A stretch of 63,676 nt of DNA, filler included, from Choristocarpus tenellus KU-1152 (lineage: Eukaryota > Protista > Phaeophyceae), in assembly GCA_964200185.2 (NCBI GenBank). It is 7 parts of 7 records of this genome, joined end to end, with 100 filler letters (N's around TTAATTAATTAA, not from the genome) between each part and the next. Parts side by side here need not be neighbours in the genome. Positions count along the whole stretch, not along the records: positions 42,108 to 54,989 come from CAXNAD020001676.1; positions 55,090 to 60,957 come from CAXNAD020009548.1; positions 61,058 to 63,676 come from CAXNAD020026218.1; 4 more parts are not named here. The stretch is one strand, 5' to 3'. The position numbers and the translations under genes were made by a program. Of this stretch, positions 53,470 through 63,676 are shown one piece after another (the first letter of the stretch is position 1; each line of letters begins with the position of its first letter). The notes under the pieces were generated by a model. That model had not been told where the DNA came from and did no database searches. It worked only from the letters and a program-made list of their open reading frames with translations.

Positions 53470-54297
53470 GGAACCAGGCCTGTGTAGGAGCGTCTTGGTC
53501 ATTGCTGTAGTGTTGGAGACAAGGAGCTTCATATTTCGCAAGTCCCCATTCTCCCATTTGACCTCGTAGGGGTTACTGCCTCGTTTTTCTCTTTCACCGT
53601 GTAGTGGGGCTGGTACTTGGTCACGGTCCCTGGCATCCGCCGATCATCTCATCTGAGGTATACTCTCCTGCCCTTGGCTCTGGCATTGAGTGTTACCCCC
53701 TCATCTAAATCCGGCACATATAACTCAGTGTCGGTTCAAGGAGTATATATTTATATATATTCTTGTCAAGGTCCCTTCGATTCCGCTGTCGGTCGACAGC
53801 GGACCGACTGCGTTATCTGACACACAGGGCTGCAACCTCATAACTGTCCCTATTGCTCTTGTCTCGAAGTTGGTTGACACCCTCCTCGATCCCATCCTCT
53901 GTCATGTGTACAACCCCAGTTGAGGGGGTAAAGAGTTTTCGCCATCGTCCGGGATGTAGGACACTGAGTAAATGCACGCCCCTGAACCATCTACGTGAAC
54001 ATCCCTGACCTTCCCCTGTACGATGGCCCCTCCATTCGCGCGTAGGATGAAGCAGGCTCCTCGACCGAACCTGGCGTCTGACGTGTCCCCAAGTCTGAGT
54101 TGCCTAGAGAAGCGAGCAGGTATCCCACCGAGAGATTGCTGGTTGGATTCCGAGATGAACCTCTGGTATTGACCAGGCAGGATCGTGAATCTGTTATCCA
54201 GGTGGTTGTGGTCGATGCTCCTTAAGTCTGGGGTGATGATAGCCTGAAGGGGCAAGACGCGGGGACCCGGTTGTGCGTCCTGCATCACCACAGACAT
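53470..54297 (-). pseudogene. Disrupted intronless ORF with two putative Tudor/SH3-like barrels
   Basis: RFGRGACFIL...VQGKVRDVHVDGSGACIYSVSY and KGRRVYLR*DDRRMPGTVTKY...PYEVKWENGD, broken by stops and frameshifts; the fold call is by eye. Confidence 0.4.
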
Positions 54298-55844
54298 GTT
54301 CGTTGCGGGGGCTGTGTTGGTGTGTAGGACTATTGGAGTATGTTTGCGTGTGATGGCCTGGTTTGGTTGATAGGGGTGTTGGAGGTTTGTTTTTTGAGGA
54401 ACGGATAGTTTTATGTATGATACAGGATATACTTTGGCAGCGAAATGAGCTCATGGGACGCGTTTGTTTTCCCTGCGTAAGTTGCGAAAAAATAATGTGA
54501 AAGGTGTGTCAGTGGCGGTTGCAGATTGGGAGAACAAAATGACACTGGTTTGGGTGTCAGGATTGGACGTTATGGGAGGAATCTATGTTGGTCGGAGGGG
54601 ATATAGGGGGGTATGTGACATCTGTATATGGACAGCGTGGATTCATTCGCGTGGGGCATTGTTTTCTTAGAATGTTACGAAAACGTATCATGAAGCACGT
54701 AGGACGAAGTGAATGGGGATAGTTTGTCGAACGGTAGAGCGTGTGTTTTCATCTGAATTTTTTATTGGGAAATAGTTAACAAGTGCATGGTGGGTGTCGC
54801 CCCTGACACTATTGGCGTATGTATGTACTACAATTGACGTGTTCTGTCAAAGGGTAAAGTAAAGTGTAGGATGGGTTTTGTGGTGTAAGGGATACTGAAC
54901 GTTTCATGCGATGTCGGTTAGCACGTATCCCCACATGCGCATACCATCGTATGCGCCCTATGCACCCCTTTCTCTGTGGGGGATATGGGNNNNNNNNNNN
55001 NNNNNNNNNNNNNNNNNNNNNNNNNNNNNNNNNTTAATTAATTAANNNNNNNNNNNNNNNNNNNNNNNNNNNNNNNNNNNNNNNNNNNNGGAGGGGTGAT
55101 GGTGTCAAAAGGTGATCGAAAGAGGGGACTACACTGAAAACACTCCCTCCACACATTCTTGTTGCTGAGTATGGAACCTCCGAGTAGTTGTAGTTCTTGT
55201 GAAGCCATGGCTTGGCATCAACGCCATCAACGGCCATTTTTGCATAGCTGTCTGCTTTGAATAGGGTTGCTGGACTCCGTAAGTCTTGCATGTTCTGCTC
55301 TTCAAAGAAGGCAGCAAGGCAGATATGGCTGGGCTTAGTGGTGGCTGGGGGTACAGGGGTCTTCCCGGGGTTGGTAAGGAGGGTGGGTGTGTGGAGTTGA
55401 TTTGGAGTGGAGGCTCAAGGTTTTAATCGCTTATGAGTGGAATATCAAAATATTTGATGATGATTTAGTTGACTGGGCCTGGGATGGAATTGTTGTGTGG
55501 GGGGGGGGCTAGTTTCGGGAAGGGCTGTGAAGGGAGAAAAACCTTGGAATGTGCAGGGGTTTCATGCGTGACATACATATTTTTTATATTTGGAGCTTTT
55601 GTTTTTGGGTGTTCTCATGGGTGTTGACACCGTATGACAGTAGGTGCTTGTCAGGAAGTAAGCCTTTCGCCGCCGCGGTTGTGTCTGTGGAACCATAGAT
55701 AAATCGATGCAGTTGGTGGATGAGGTGCTACTTTCTATCATCCCCCGTTTCCCCTGTGTCCTCTGTGACATGTCGACCGCCCCTTGATTAGAGGCTTCAC
55801 AGCCTCTTGTGTGTGGCTGTTTTTTGTATGTACATATGATTTCG

Positions 55845-55846
<2 letters not shown>

Positions 55847-55882
<36 letters not shown>
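55847..55882. repeat. (GT)n microsatellite (others: (TA)n ~36314-36341, (TAT)n ~59340-59378, (GT)n ~62250-62295)
   Basis: Direct reading. Confidence 0.9.
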
Positions 55883-55883
<1 letters not shown>

Positions 55884-56530
55884 TGTGTCTGTCTTTATCT
55901 GATGTGTATTTCCTGCTGTTGTTTTCGAACTGGATGAGATCGCCTTCACTGAATGTGATGCATGTAGAGTGTGACAGCTGGCAATAGACAAGACAATGAA
56001 GGCTTGGTGTGTGTGCCTCGTGTTGTTATCTTACTCCCTTCCTCCTCTGCTGTAGGTGAATGCGTGCTGTAGCTGCATGTCACATCTCCATCCCCTTCCC
56101 ATGAAACCACCACCTTCCGCAGTGTCGTTGCCTCTGATCAGTTAGTTGCCCCTCCCCCCCCCCCCCCCCCCCCCCCCCCCTTCCACCCTCCTCCCTTTTT
56201 CTTTTTTCTTCTGTTCTCTTATNNNNNNNNNNTCAGTTAGTTGCCCCTCCCCCTCCCCCCTCCCCCTCAACTGCATTTAAGAGTCTCTCTTTTTTCTTGT
56301 TGGATCTGCTATACTACACACAACCATACGTTTCTTTTGTGATTCAAAGCAGTGCATGTCAATTAAGTATCTATTTGTGATTAGTGCGTTACGATAGAGT
56401 GGTGTGCTATGTATTGTAATAGCTCCTACCTCTTTCAAAATCTAAAAGCCATTCCTATTCAGCAGGAAAATTTATATGTCTGAATTATTTCTCGTCGCTT
56501 GCCTGACTGTCCCATTCTTGTCTTCTCCAG

Positions 56531-58333
56531 TCGAATGAGACCTTGGCCAACACATGGTGGGCTACCAAGAAGGTGTCAGAGTTGGAGCTGCAGACCCCCC
56601 TCACAGTGACGCCCACAGTATCGATACAGGTGTGTGGCGTGGTGTGATGTGTTTGGTCATGAGCTGTGATTTTTTCCCTCTCTGCCATTTTTTTGTATTT
56701 TGATTTTTTTCCCAAAGCTTTGTAGGCGTGTTACTCTCCATATGTTTTCATTGTGCATCCACATCCGTCGGTATGGACAACACAAGTTTTTGGATGTTTC
56801 CTTCCCCCCCCCTCCCCCATGAAAAGTGTGTCCTTGTATAGGGAGGCCTAAAGGCTGTGCACCCTGTGAGCTCATAACTTGAGTCACGGTAAACTCTACC
56901 CCTCCCCCTCCCCTCATCTGTGTTTCTTTGTGTAACGGACTGTACTCGCTGGAGTAGGAAGCCATAAACATCTTGAAGAAGCAGGGGTATGACATGGTCC
57001 CGGTTGTGTCTGAGGATAACAAGATCCTGGGGGTGGTGACTGAGGGGAATCTGATGTCGTACTTGCTGAACAACAGGGCCAAGCCTCAGGACGATGTTAC
57101 CAAGGTCATGTACCGGCAGTTCAAGAAGGTGAGTACTATTGGTCATGGGTCTCAAGCCTGGTGGGGAGGAGGGGAAGGTAAACCAGGGTGAACTGGTTGG
57201 TGGCATCTATCTCTGCAGTTTCAATGTACTATCAATAGGTCGCTCAATATGATGTTCATGGGTGGTGTTGATGATATGTGATGGGGTGGATTCAGTAGGG
57301 GGAGCAATGGGTATTTGTGGTAAGTGGTCTGTTGCTGAGGGAGGAGGAAAGAGAAAGGTGTCATTTAGTTGAGGTGATTGAATGTGGCTTGGAGGATTTT
57401 GAATATGACCTCTTGCCATCAACATGGGGTTCATTCATGTACTGTGCCTTGAGTGAGCAAAAGAAGATTTCGTGAGGACTTGCAAAGCTTGGCATTGGTG
57501 AAGGGTGACAAACAAGATCGATGTAGTAGTCCCACTTCTCACTTTTTGACTTCCCCTAAGCTCCCCCTTTTGAACAATTGTTGGTGATTTATGGAGTGAT
57601 GAAGTAGTGAGTGTTGTAAACGGTGGTATTATTATAATTTTGGCGAATTGCGGAAGGGTAATAAATCAAGTTTGAGATATGCAGGGCAATGGACCGGTCA
57701 GTTAACAATTCTTTGTGGAATTGGGTCAAGTAAGACAATGGATAAATGAACTTTCTGCTATGATACTGAGAGAATGTTTAGTGCTTCGCTGAGGATGGTC
57801 AAGGCTAGCTCACTTTATTTTGAGCCGTGTATGATTGTATAGTGGATACGTAAAACTGACTCACTGAGAATGCCAAGAATCAATATCAAGATCATTGCTC
57901 TAACACGCCTATGTACAAACCCGCCCTCATGTTCTTAACTCTCCCCCATAGCACTTCCACCATACAGTAGTACCCTCTTGTTCCCCACCCAACATCATAC
58001 CCTTGGCAACCCTCTACACACCCTTGCCATGGAGATGCCTCGAAGTATCATGCTTGGTGCTATTTAACTTTGCTTCTCCCGACCAACTGCGTTTTGTCAA
58101 ATCGTCATGTCCCTCTATCATTGCCCTGCCTCTTTTGTATCAAATGCAAGGTGTCACTCCACACTCCTCTGGCAGAGCTGGCAAGGTGGTTTGATAATGA
58201 CCATTTCGCTCTTGTTTGCACTGAGCAACGGTCGTACACTATGGGCAAGTACAGCACAATGACTGTCATCACAGGCGTGGTGACGAGGGTGGATCTGCTA
58301 AGCTTTATTGCCCTAAAGAGTGCCGGGGCTGAG
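56531..58333 (+). CDS. CBS: Cystathionine beta-synthase, C-terminal regulatory CBS-domain pair (partial gene)
   Basis: Exons 56531-56629, 56958-57128, 58151-58333 (all phase 0) encode WWATKKVSELELQTPLTV...ILKKQGYDMVPVV...GVVTEGNL...KVMYRQFKK...DHFALV...GVVTRVDLLSFI, colinear with the animal CBS C-terminus. Confidence 0.92.
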
Positions 58334-61300
58334 GTGTGTGTGTGTTCACTTGCAGGGCTGTGCACTTGGTCAGGCAGTTGTGAAATATTTTATCCGAATC
58401 ACAGCCCGCCTGCCAATATTTGTAAAAAGTCTGATCTGGACTGTGGGCCAGTCGACACCGTAGTACAATATTTTCAAAAATATTTGGTCATGGACCACTT
58501 ATGTTTGTGAAAGGTCTGGTCCGGATCACAGATGAGTTAAAAGACTGGTTGGCCCATCCCTGGTCAGTCCGAGTGGAACAGACTGCTCAGGTTCGGGCTA
58601 CAAATGTATGAAGAGACTCTTGTTGTCATCTCCCCCACACGTTGCCTGTGTGCTGCAAAGGTAAGGCTTCCCCCCCCCCCTTGCTGCTTAGGCTTGGACC
58701 AGACCTTGCAATTGCTCTTTCCTGCCTCCTTGGTTTTGCTCGGTTGTGATCCTCAGTTGTGATCCTGTTGTACTCTAGAACAGGATGTACCTGAACCTAC
58801 GAGGTCAGAACTGAGCCAAACCGAACCAGCAAGAAGGTTCGGTTCCAGACTCTGGTCTAACCAAGTGGCAAAAGAAAGGGGCCTTTGTGGCATATTGGTG
58901 ACAGTGCAGGGAAGATGACTCAGAACTTTCTGTAAGTATGGAGTCAGAACTGACCCTACTAACTGCGCTGGAACTTCAACAGAACCCATGGGCTTGGACC
59001 AGATGTTGCAACTGGGTCGCGGTCCTTACTGTTTGGTTGGTTCTTGTTTTGTGCAATATTGGTGATGAGATACTTGACTTGGGTCAACTCCAGCTATGTT
59101 TGAAGGTGCAGATGTGCTGTCTTGATCTCTTGTCCCATTGGCTGATGGCACCATCCAGAACTGACATTCTGGGCTGGTATCCTGCTTGATATGTTGGTAC
59201 TGCAGGTCATGGTGTAGCATCAGAATTTGGACTAGACTACGGTTGTGTGATTGGTCACTGTGCTAGATGGGTGTAGAGACCATTCATGTGTCCATTGTGC
59301 ATGTCTGTCTCACTATTCTACTTCTTGTCATTGTTGCCCTTATTATTATTATTATTGTTATTATTATTATTATTATTGTAGTAGCAACAGTATTATTGCA
59401 GTTGATCCAGAGTATAGTGTAGTTGTAGTAAGGTCTGAGTCAGGCGTTTGTCAGGTTTGTATTTCAACTAGTCCATACTGGTGTGATTGTTTCTATAAGA
59501 TTCTGTCCACCCTTCTGAGCTGGCAAGGTTTGTGATAGCCCTGTTCCAGATATTGGATTTGTTTTTCTGAAAAGTGTCCTGAGCTTTCAAGTATTTCTGC
59601 ATTCTGGTTTGCTACTAGACCTTGATTTTGATGAACCATAGTATTGTATACTCTCATGATGTACCCCACAGGTTTCAAAGATGAGTAATAGTTTGATGAT
59701 AGTTATTGATGCTTCGAAGTAAATGTGACAGTTTAAATTTCAGCACCAAATACATACAGCTCCCCCCAACCATTTGCATACGTCCCTTCATGATAGGTAC
59801 CCTATGGCCTGTCCTCGCTATAGTTTGATGCCCTTCCTCCTTTGTGTGTACTTCTATTGCTGTCCTCCATCTCCCTGTTCAGGGAGGGAGTAACTCCTCA
59901 GGGAAGTAAAATAAGCAAGCGCCACGTGAGGAAGAATCAAGAGGGGTAGGGATGCTGTTAGGTGCCACCCCACACAGGGCAAGGATGAAACAGTGTATGG
60001 GAAGGGTATCACAGCATTCTGTGTATGTATTCTGATTGCCAAAGGTATCCATGTTTGGTGCGGTTTGAAGGGGTATTATTGCATCCTTCACCTGGAGGTC
60101 TCCACTGTGTGCCTTTTTGGGTGTTGGAGAGGGAGGCAGGATTACTTGGAAACGATCGGAGCATGAATAAGGGCAGAGCCATACTGATATTTTGATGGAC
60201 CATTTACCCCTATCTGGCTGACAGGATATTTCCCTTCTGAGTCTGCCTCTGAGACTTGAATCGTTGTGACAACTACTGAGGTTTTCATAGGGACCTGGTG
60301 CTTGATTGATGGCCCTGTCAATTGATCAGATGGTGTTGAGGCCATTGTGTATATATGGGCCTCATAGTGCCCTCTTGAGAAAGAGCAAAAGGGACTACTC
60401 TGTGATCATATGTGTGGGTGGGTGCTGGTTCATTGACTGTATTGAGGGAGTGTCCCTGTTTTCTGATGCTGACTGTCGTGGTTCCAACAGTTGTTGCAAT
60501 TGCCTACCCTAGCTGCCCCTACTTCTTATTGTTTGGGTTTGAATGAAAATGATCAGTTCTGTTGGTGATCATCCTGTGTGTTAGTGTCAGATGCAATGGG
60601 ATTAGGCAGGGGGTTGGGGGGGGGGGGGGGGGGGGGGGAGGGGGGGGGGGGAGTGTTTGTTGAGGGAAAGAGAAGGGGAGATCTCTTGTTGGCTCCAATG
60701 TACTCAATCTCATGTTGATATGAAAACAAAAATTCTGTTCTATTTTGTGATGGGGGAAAAACAATAACTTTTTTGTTAGCAGAGAAATTGTGCATGGTTG
60801 TGGTACGGGATTCATTTTGAGATATGATGAAGGGGAATAAAGAAGAAATGGAGGCATGTATAAACAGCCGATCACCAAAATTGAGGATGGAGCATACTAT
60901 GGAGGATGAGTTTGACCCAAAATGGTGCGTGGAAAGTGCACATGTTTTTTTTGTAAANNNNNNNNNNNNNNNNNNNNNNNNNNNNNNNNNNNNNNNNNNN
61001 NTTAATTAATTAANNNNNNNNNNNNNNNNNNNNNNNNNNNNNNNNNNNNNNNNNNNNAAATTAGAATAATGGGGGGTGGGGGCGTATTGTAGGTAAGACA
61101 TGAATCTTACTTGAAGTTCAGACTTGCTACTTAATGGTTGATGCTATATTTCGGGCTAATGTATTGGTAAGTAGATCAAAATCACATCAAATACACTTGA
61201 GACAACATGGGCCATGGAGTACGTCAGTTACATACTTTAAAGGGTTGACCTAATCCCCCTATTCATGCCCATAATGTCCACAGTGACTTGGCTACCCGCA

Positions 61301-61411
61301 CAGAAGCTGACAGGTCAACACCTAAGAACAATTATCAAACAAGGAATGGAATACTGCCAAGAGGGAAGGAGTGCTACACCTTGTTTCCTCCACTATCTTG
61401 GCAGTAGGCCA

Positions 61412-62254
61412 CCCCTGACACCTCCTGGCGGTCCTCTGCGCTGCCCCTGCTTCTGGTGTCATACTCTCTGAGGACCTGACAGCACATGGACAAACCATTA
61501 AGAATAAGGGCTAAACACCGATCCAGCCGAATCATGGAGACTTGAGATACTCTTCTACTCTTCCCTGCAAAATATCGAGATACTATTGCACCTCAACTAA
61601 ACTATCTGACAGACAGCTGCATGACTGAACTGCCTTCCTGGTGGCATCTCAATCTTTGACAAAATCTGAAGACAAGACAGTAGGGAGATCGCATCCCAGC
61701 TGGACCATTCTTGCGACTCCCTGCAAAGGGAGGGAAAAAACCGCCATTCTATGGTGAAAACCGTAGGGTACCATGAAGGTATCAACGTACCCCCAAATAT
61801 ATAGCATGGAACATCCTCCAGAAATCTTACTTTGCTAGACGTTGTTGTATCCACATCTGAGCACAGGGCTGGAATGCCTAGGGGCTAAAGGCTGACTTAC
61901 CTGTCCACTGCTGAAGTTCCACATGATGACAGTGCCATTGTTTGCACCGGTGATCAGTCGCCGTTCTGAGGTATCGAAACACATGGAGCTGATCTTGGAA
62001 GTTCCATGAGCGTTACTAAACCTGGACAATGTATAGGAAGCACCACAAGTTTAGAGGGAGTAGGGTTGGTCTCGAATTGAAGGAGTAAAATAACTGGCAG
62101 ATGAAAAAAGGTGTCTAGAAAGGGGGGCTGCTAGATTGTTCTGGAATTGTCGACTTAGACAGAGGTCACACCCTGACCACTCAGCTTGAACAATACAAGC
62201 ACAACAAGAAGAGCAGTCAATCAAATGAAATTCTGGTTGAAAACACAAATGTGT

Positions 62255-62298
<44 letters not shown>

Positions 62299-63036
62299 TC
62301 GTGCAACATTGCACGAAGAGCTGCCACCAGAATGAAAAGAGACGACTTAGACACACCTCAACTCATCTGTGAGAACATCCCACCTGAATACAAGTTGTCC
62401 ATTTTCTACCAACCAGACATGCACGTTGCTCATTGCATCTCCAGAGACGACCTAAGGCAGGATAGGAATAAAAAAGGAAATACGTTGTGTAAGGAGTTGC
62501 GTACACTTATAATTTTAGATGCTGTAGTAGATACAAGCATGTGCATTTGATTATTGGTCTAATTCCCCGGAGAATTCTTAAATGGCCCCAACACTAGAGC
62601 AACAACCGATAATGCACCACTATCTGTAGCTTTTGGATGAGCTGCACCAGAATCATCACACTTGAGCGCCTTACTTCCATCAATAACACTGATGTCCCTA
62701 TGAATTTGTCATCAAATATATCTTGTGGTGATTTTCTGAATGCGATCCATCTAAAGTGCTGTACTATCAGAAATAAGAGCACAATCCGAGGGGTAGCATT
62801 GATAAAAGTAGGATAGGCCTTTATAAAAGTAGGATAGGCTTTGCCTGGTTGAAGTGTTCATTGTATAGTGAAGCCGCAACAGCTGCATCATGGCTCCTTT
62901 GAGAGGTCTGTATAACCCCCTTGTTCCTCCAGATGTTCATCCTACTACCTGCAAGGATCAGAGCACTCCGGGACGAATCCCAGAGCAATGCCGTGACAGT
63001 ATTTTCAGGCTTGTGTCTGCAGTCATCCCTGAATGT
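61412..63036 (-). CDS. WD40-repeat protein, WDR49/WDR64/EFCAB8-like, internal fragment
   Basis: Exons 63036-62845 (GC donor), 62451-62384, 62021-61901, 61475-~61412 splice to SHDAAVAASLYNEHFNQ-VVSGDAMSNVHVW...FRFSNAHGTSKISSMCFDTSERRLITGANNGTVIMWNFSSGQ, the pattern of WDR49-type WD repeats. Confidence 0.82.
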
Positions 63037-63676
63037 CTGAAGAGAAAGAGGCAAGAAATATTGGGGGTACAGGGACAGGCATGCAAGGTGGATGTTTTGG
63101 AGTATTGAGGAACTCAAGTGTAATATATATAACTCAAGACATGGTTGCAGACACCTGTGTGAGAGAGTCAACACCATTGACTCTTGGTGCGATGGGATTC
63201 CTCTCTCTACCACAAACCAAGTCAATCTCTCCTGCGACCCATGCTCATCTCCCTGTGTCCTCATTTATTGCATGCACTGCCTTCATACTATATATGTACC
63301 TAGTGTGAAGTGTCGTTTCCTCCAAGTTCCAGGAAAACGCTTGGGACTACCAAGATACTCTCTCTTGCTGTTGCATGAAACATTATGGCCAATAGTATCT
63401 TAGTGTGCATGGGGGTGTTAGGGCATGTTGTCCATTCGGGGCTTGATGGAATGTTGTATGGTACCCCAGTTTGATGCCCGTTTTGTGGGCGATTTTCGTT
63501 CGGATTCAGTTCAGGCAGGGGATTGGAAAAGGAAGGTGTATTCAGATGAAGGAAATTAACCTTACATATGACACGTCCACTCAGATGACATAAAAATCAC
63601 TGCAAAGGCCCCAAAGTGACACCTGACCCCCCCTCTAAGGTCCCATGGATCTCTCACTTGAATGCAGCAGTATGTT

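Noticed and set aside
56138-56270. Direct repeat tcagttagttgcccctcccc on both sides of a 10-N gap
   Set aside because: Most likely overlapping contig ends around a poly-C run (scaffolding artefact).
60050-60520. Possible terminal exon(s) of a minus-strand gene
   Set aside because: No domain and no consistent splice chain could be built.

Overview
Eukaryotic, intron-rich genomic DNA. The gene content and repeats resemble a stramenopile, plausibly a brown alga, but the taxon is my inference. The window is seven contigs joined by six artificial 100-bp N/TTAATTAATTAA/N spacers, so adjacency across spacers means nothing. Manually spliced, mostly phase-consistent partial gene models: (1) a large IQ-motif, EF-hand and C2H2-like finger protein (+, 408-11183); (2) an orphan coiled-coil, Q/H-rich protein (-, 19263-28377); (3) an orphan 3-exon fragment (+, 34520-36852); (4) a USP9X/24/34-type deubiquitinase fragment (+, 37669-41867); (5) a Vrg4/GONST-type GDP-sugar transporter with a variant GNLSK motif (+, 42759-46479); (6) the C-terminal Bateman module of cystathionine beta-synthase (+, 56531-58333); (7) a WDR49-like WD40 fragment (-, 61412-63036). 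Intergenic and intronic DNA is full of mobile-element relics. These are a clan of at least 9 MITEs with different interiors but a shared G-R-x-x-x-AAAGTATCT terminus, a TGT...ACA family of 305-465 bp, a Copia pol relic, and a head-to-tail stack of 3' ends of a restriction-like-endonuclease (RLE) non-LTR retrotransposon. The best leads are that possibly self-targeting retroelement stack, the shared-terminus MITE clan (one member is almost entirely a hairpin), frequent GC-AG introns, and the variant GDP-sugar transporter. I found no CRISPR array, RNA gene or intact transposase/RT gene, and cannot claim a new system with confidence.
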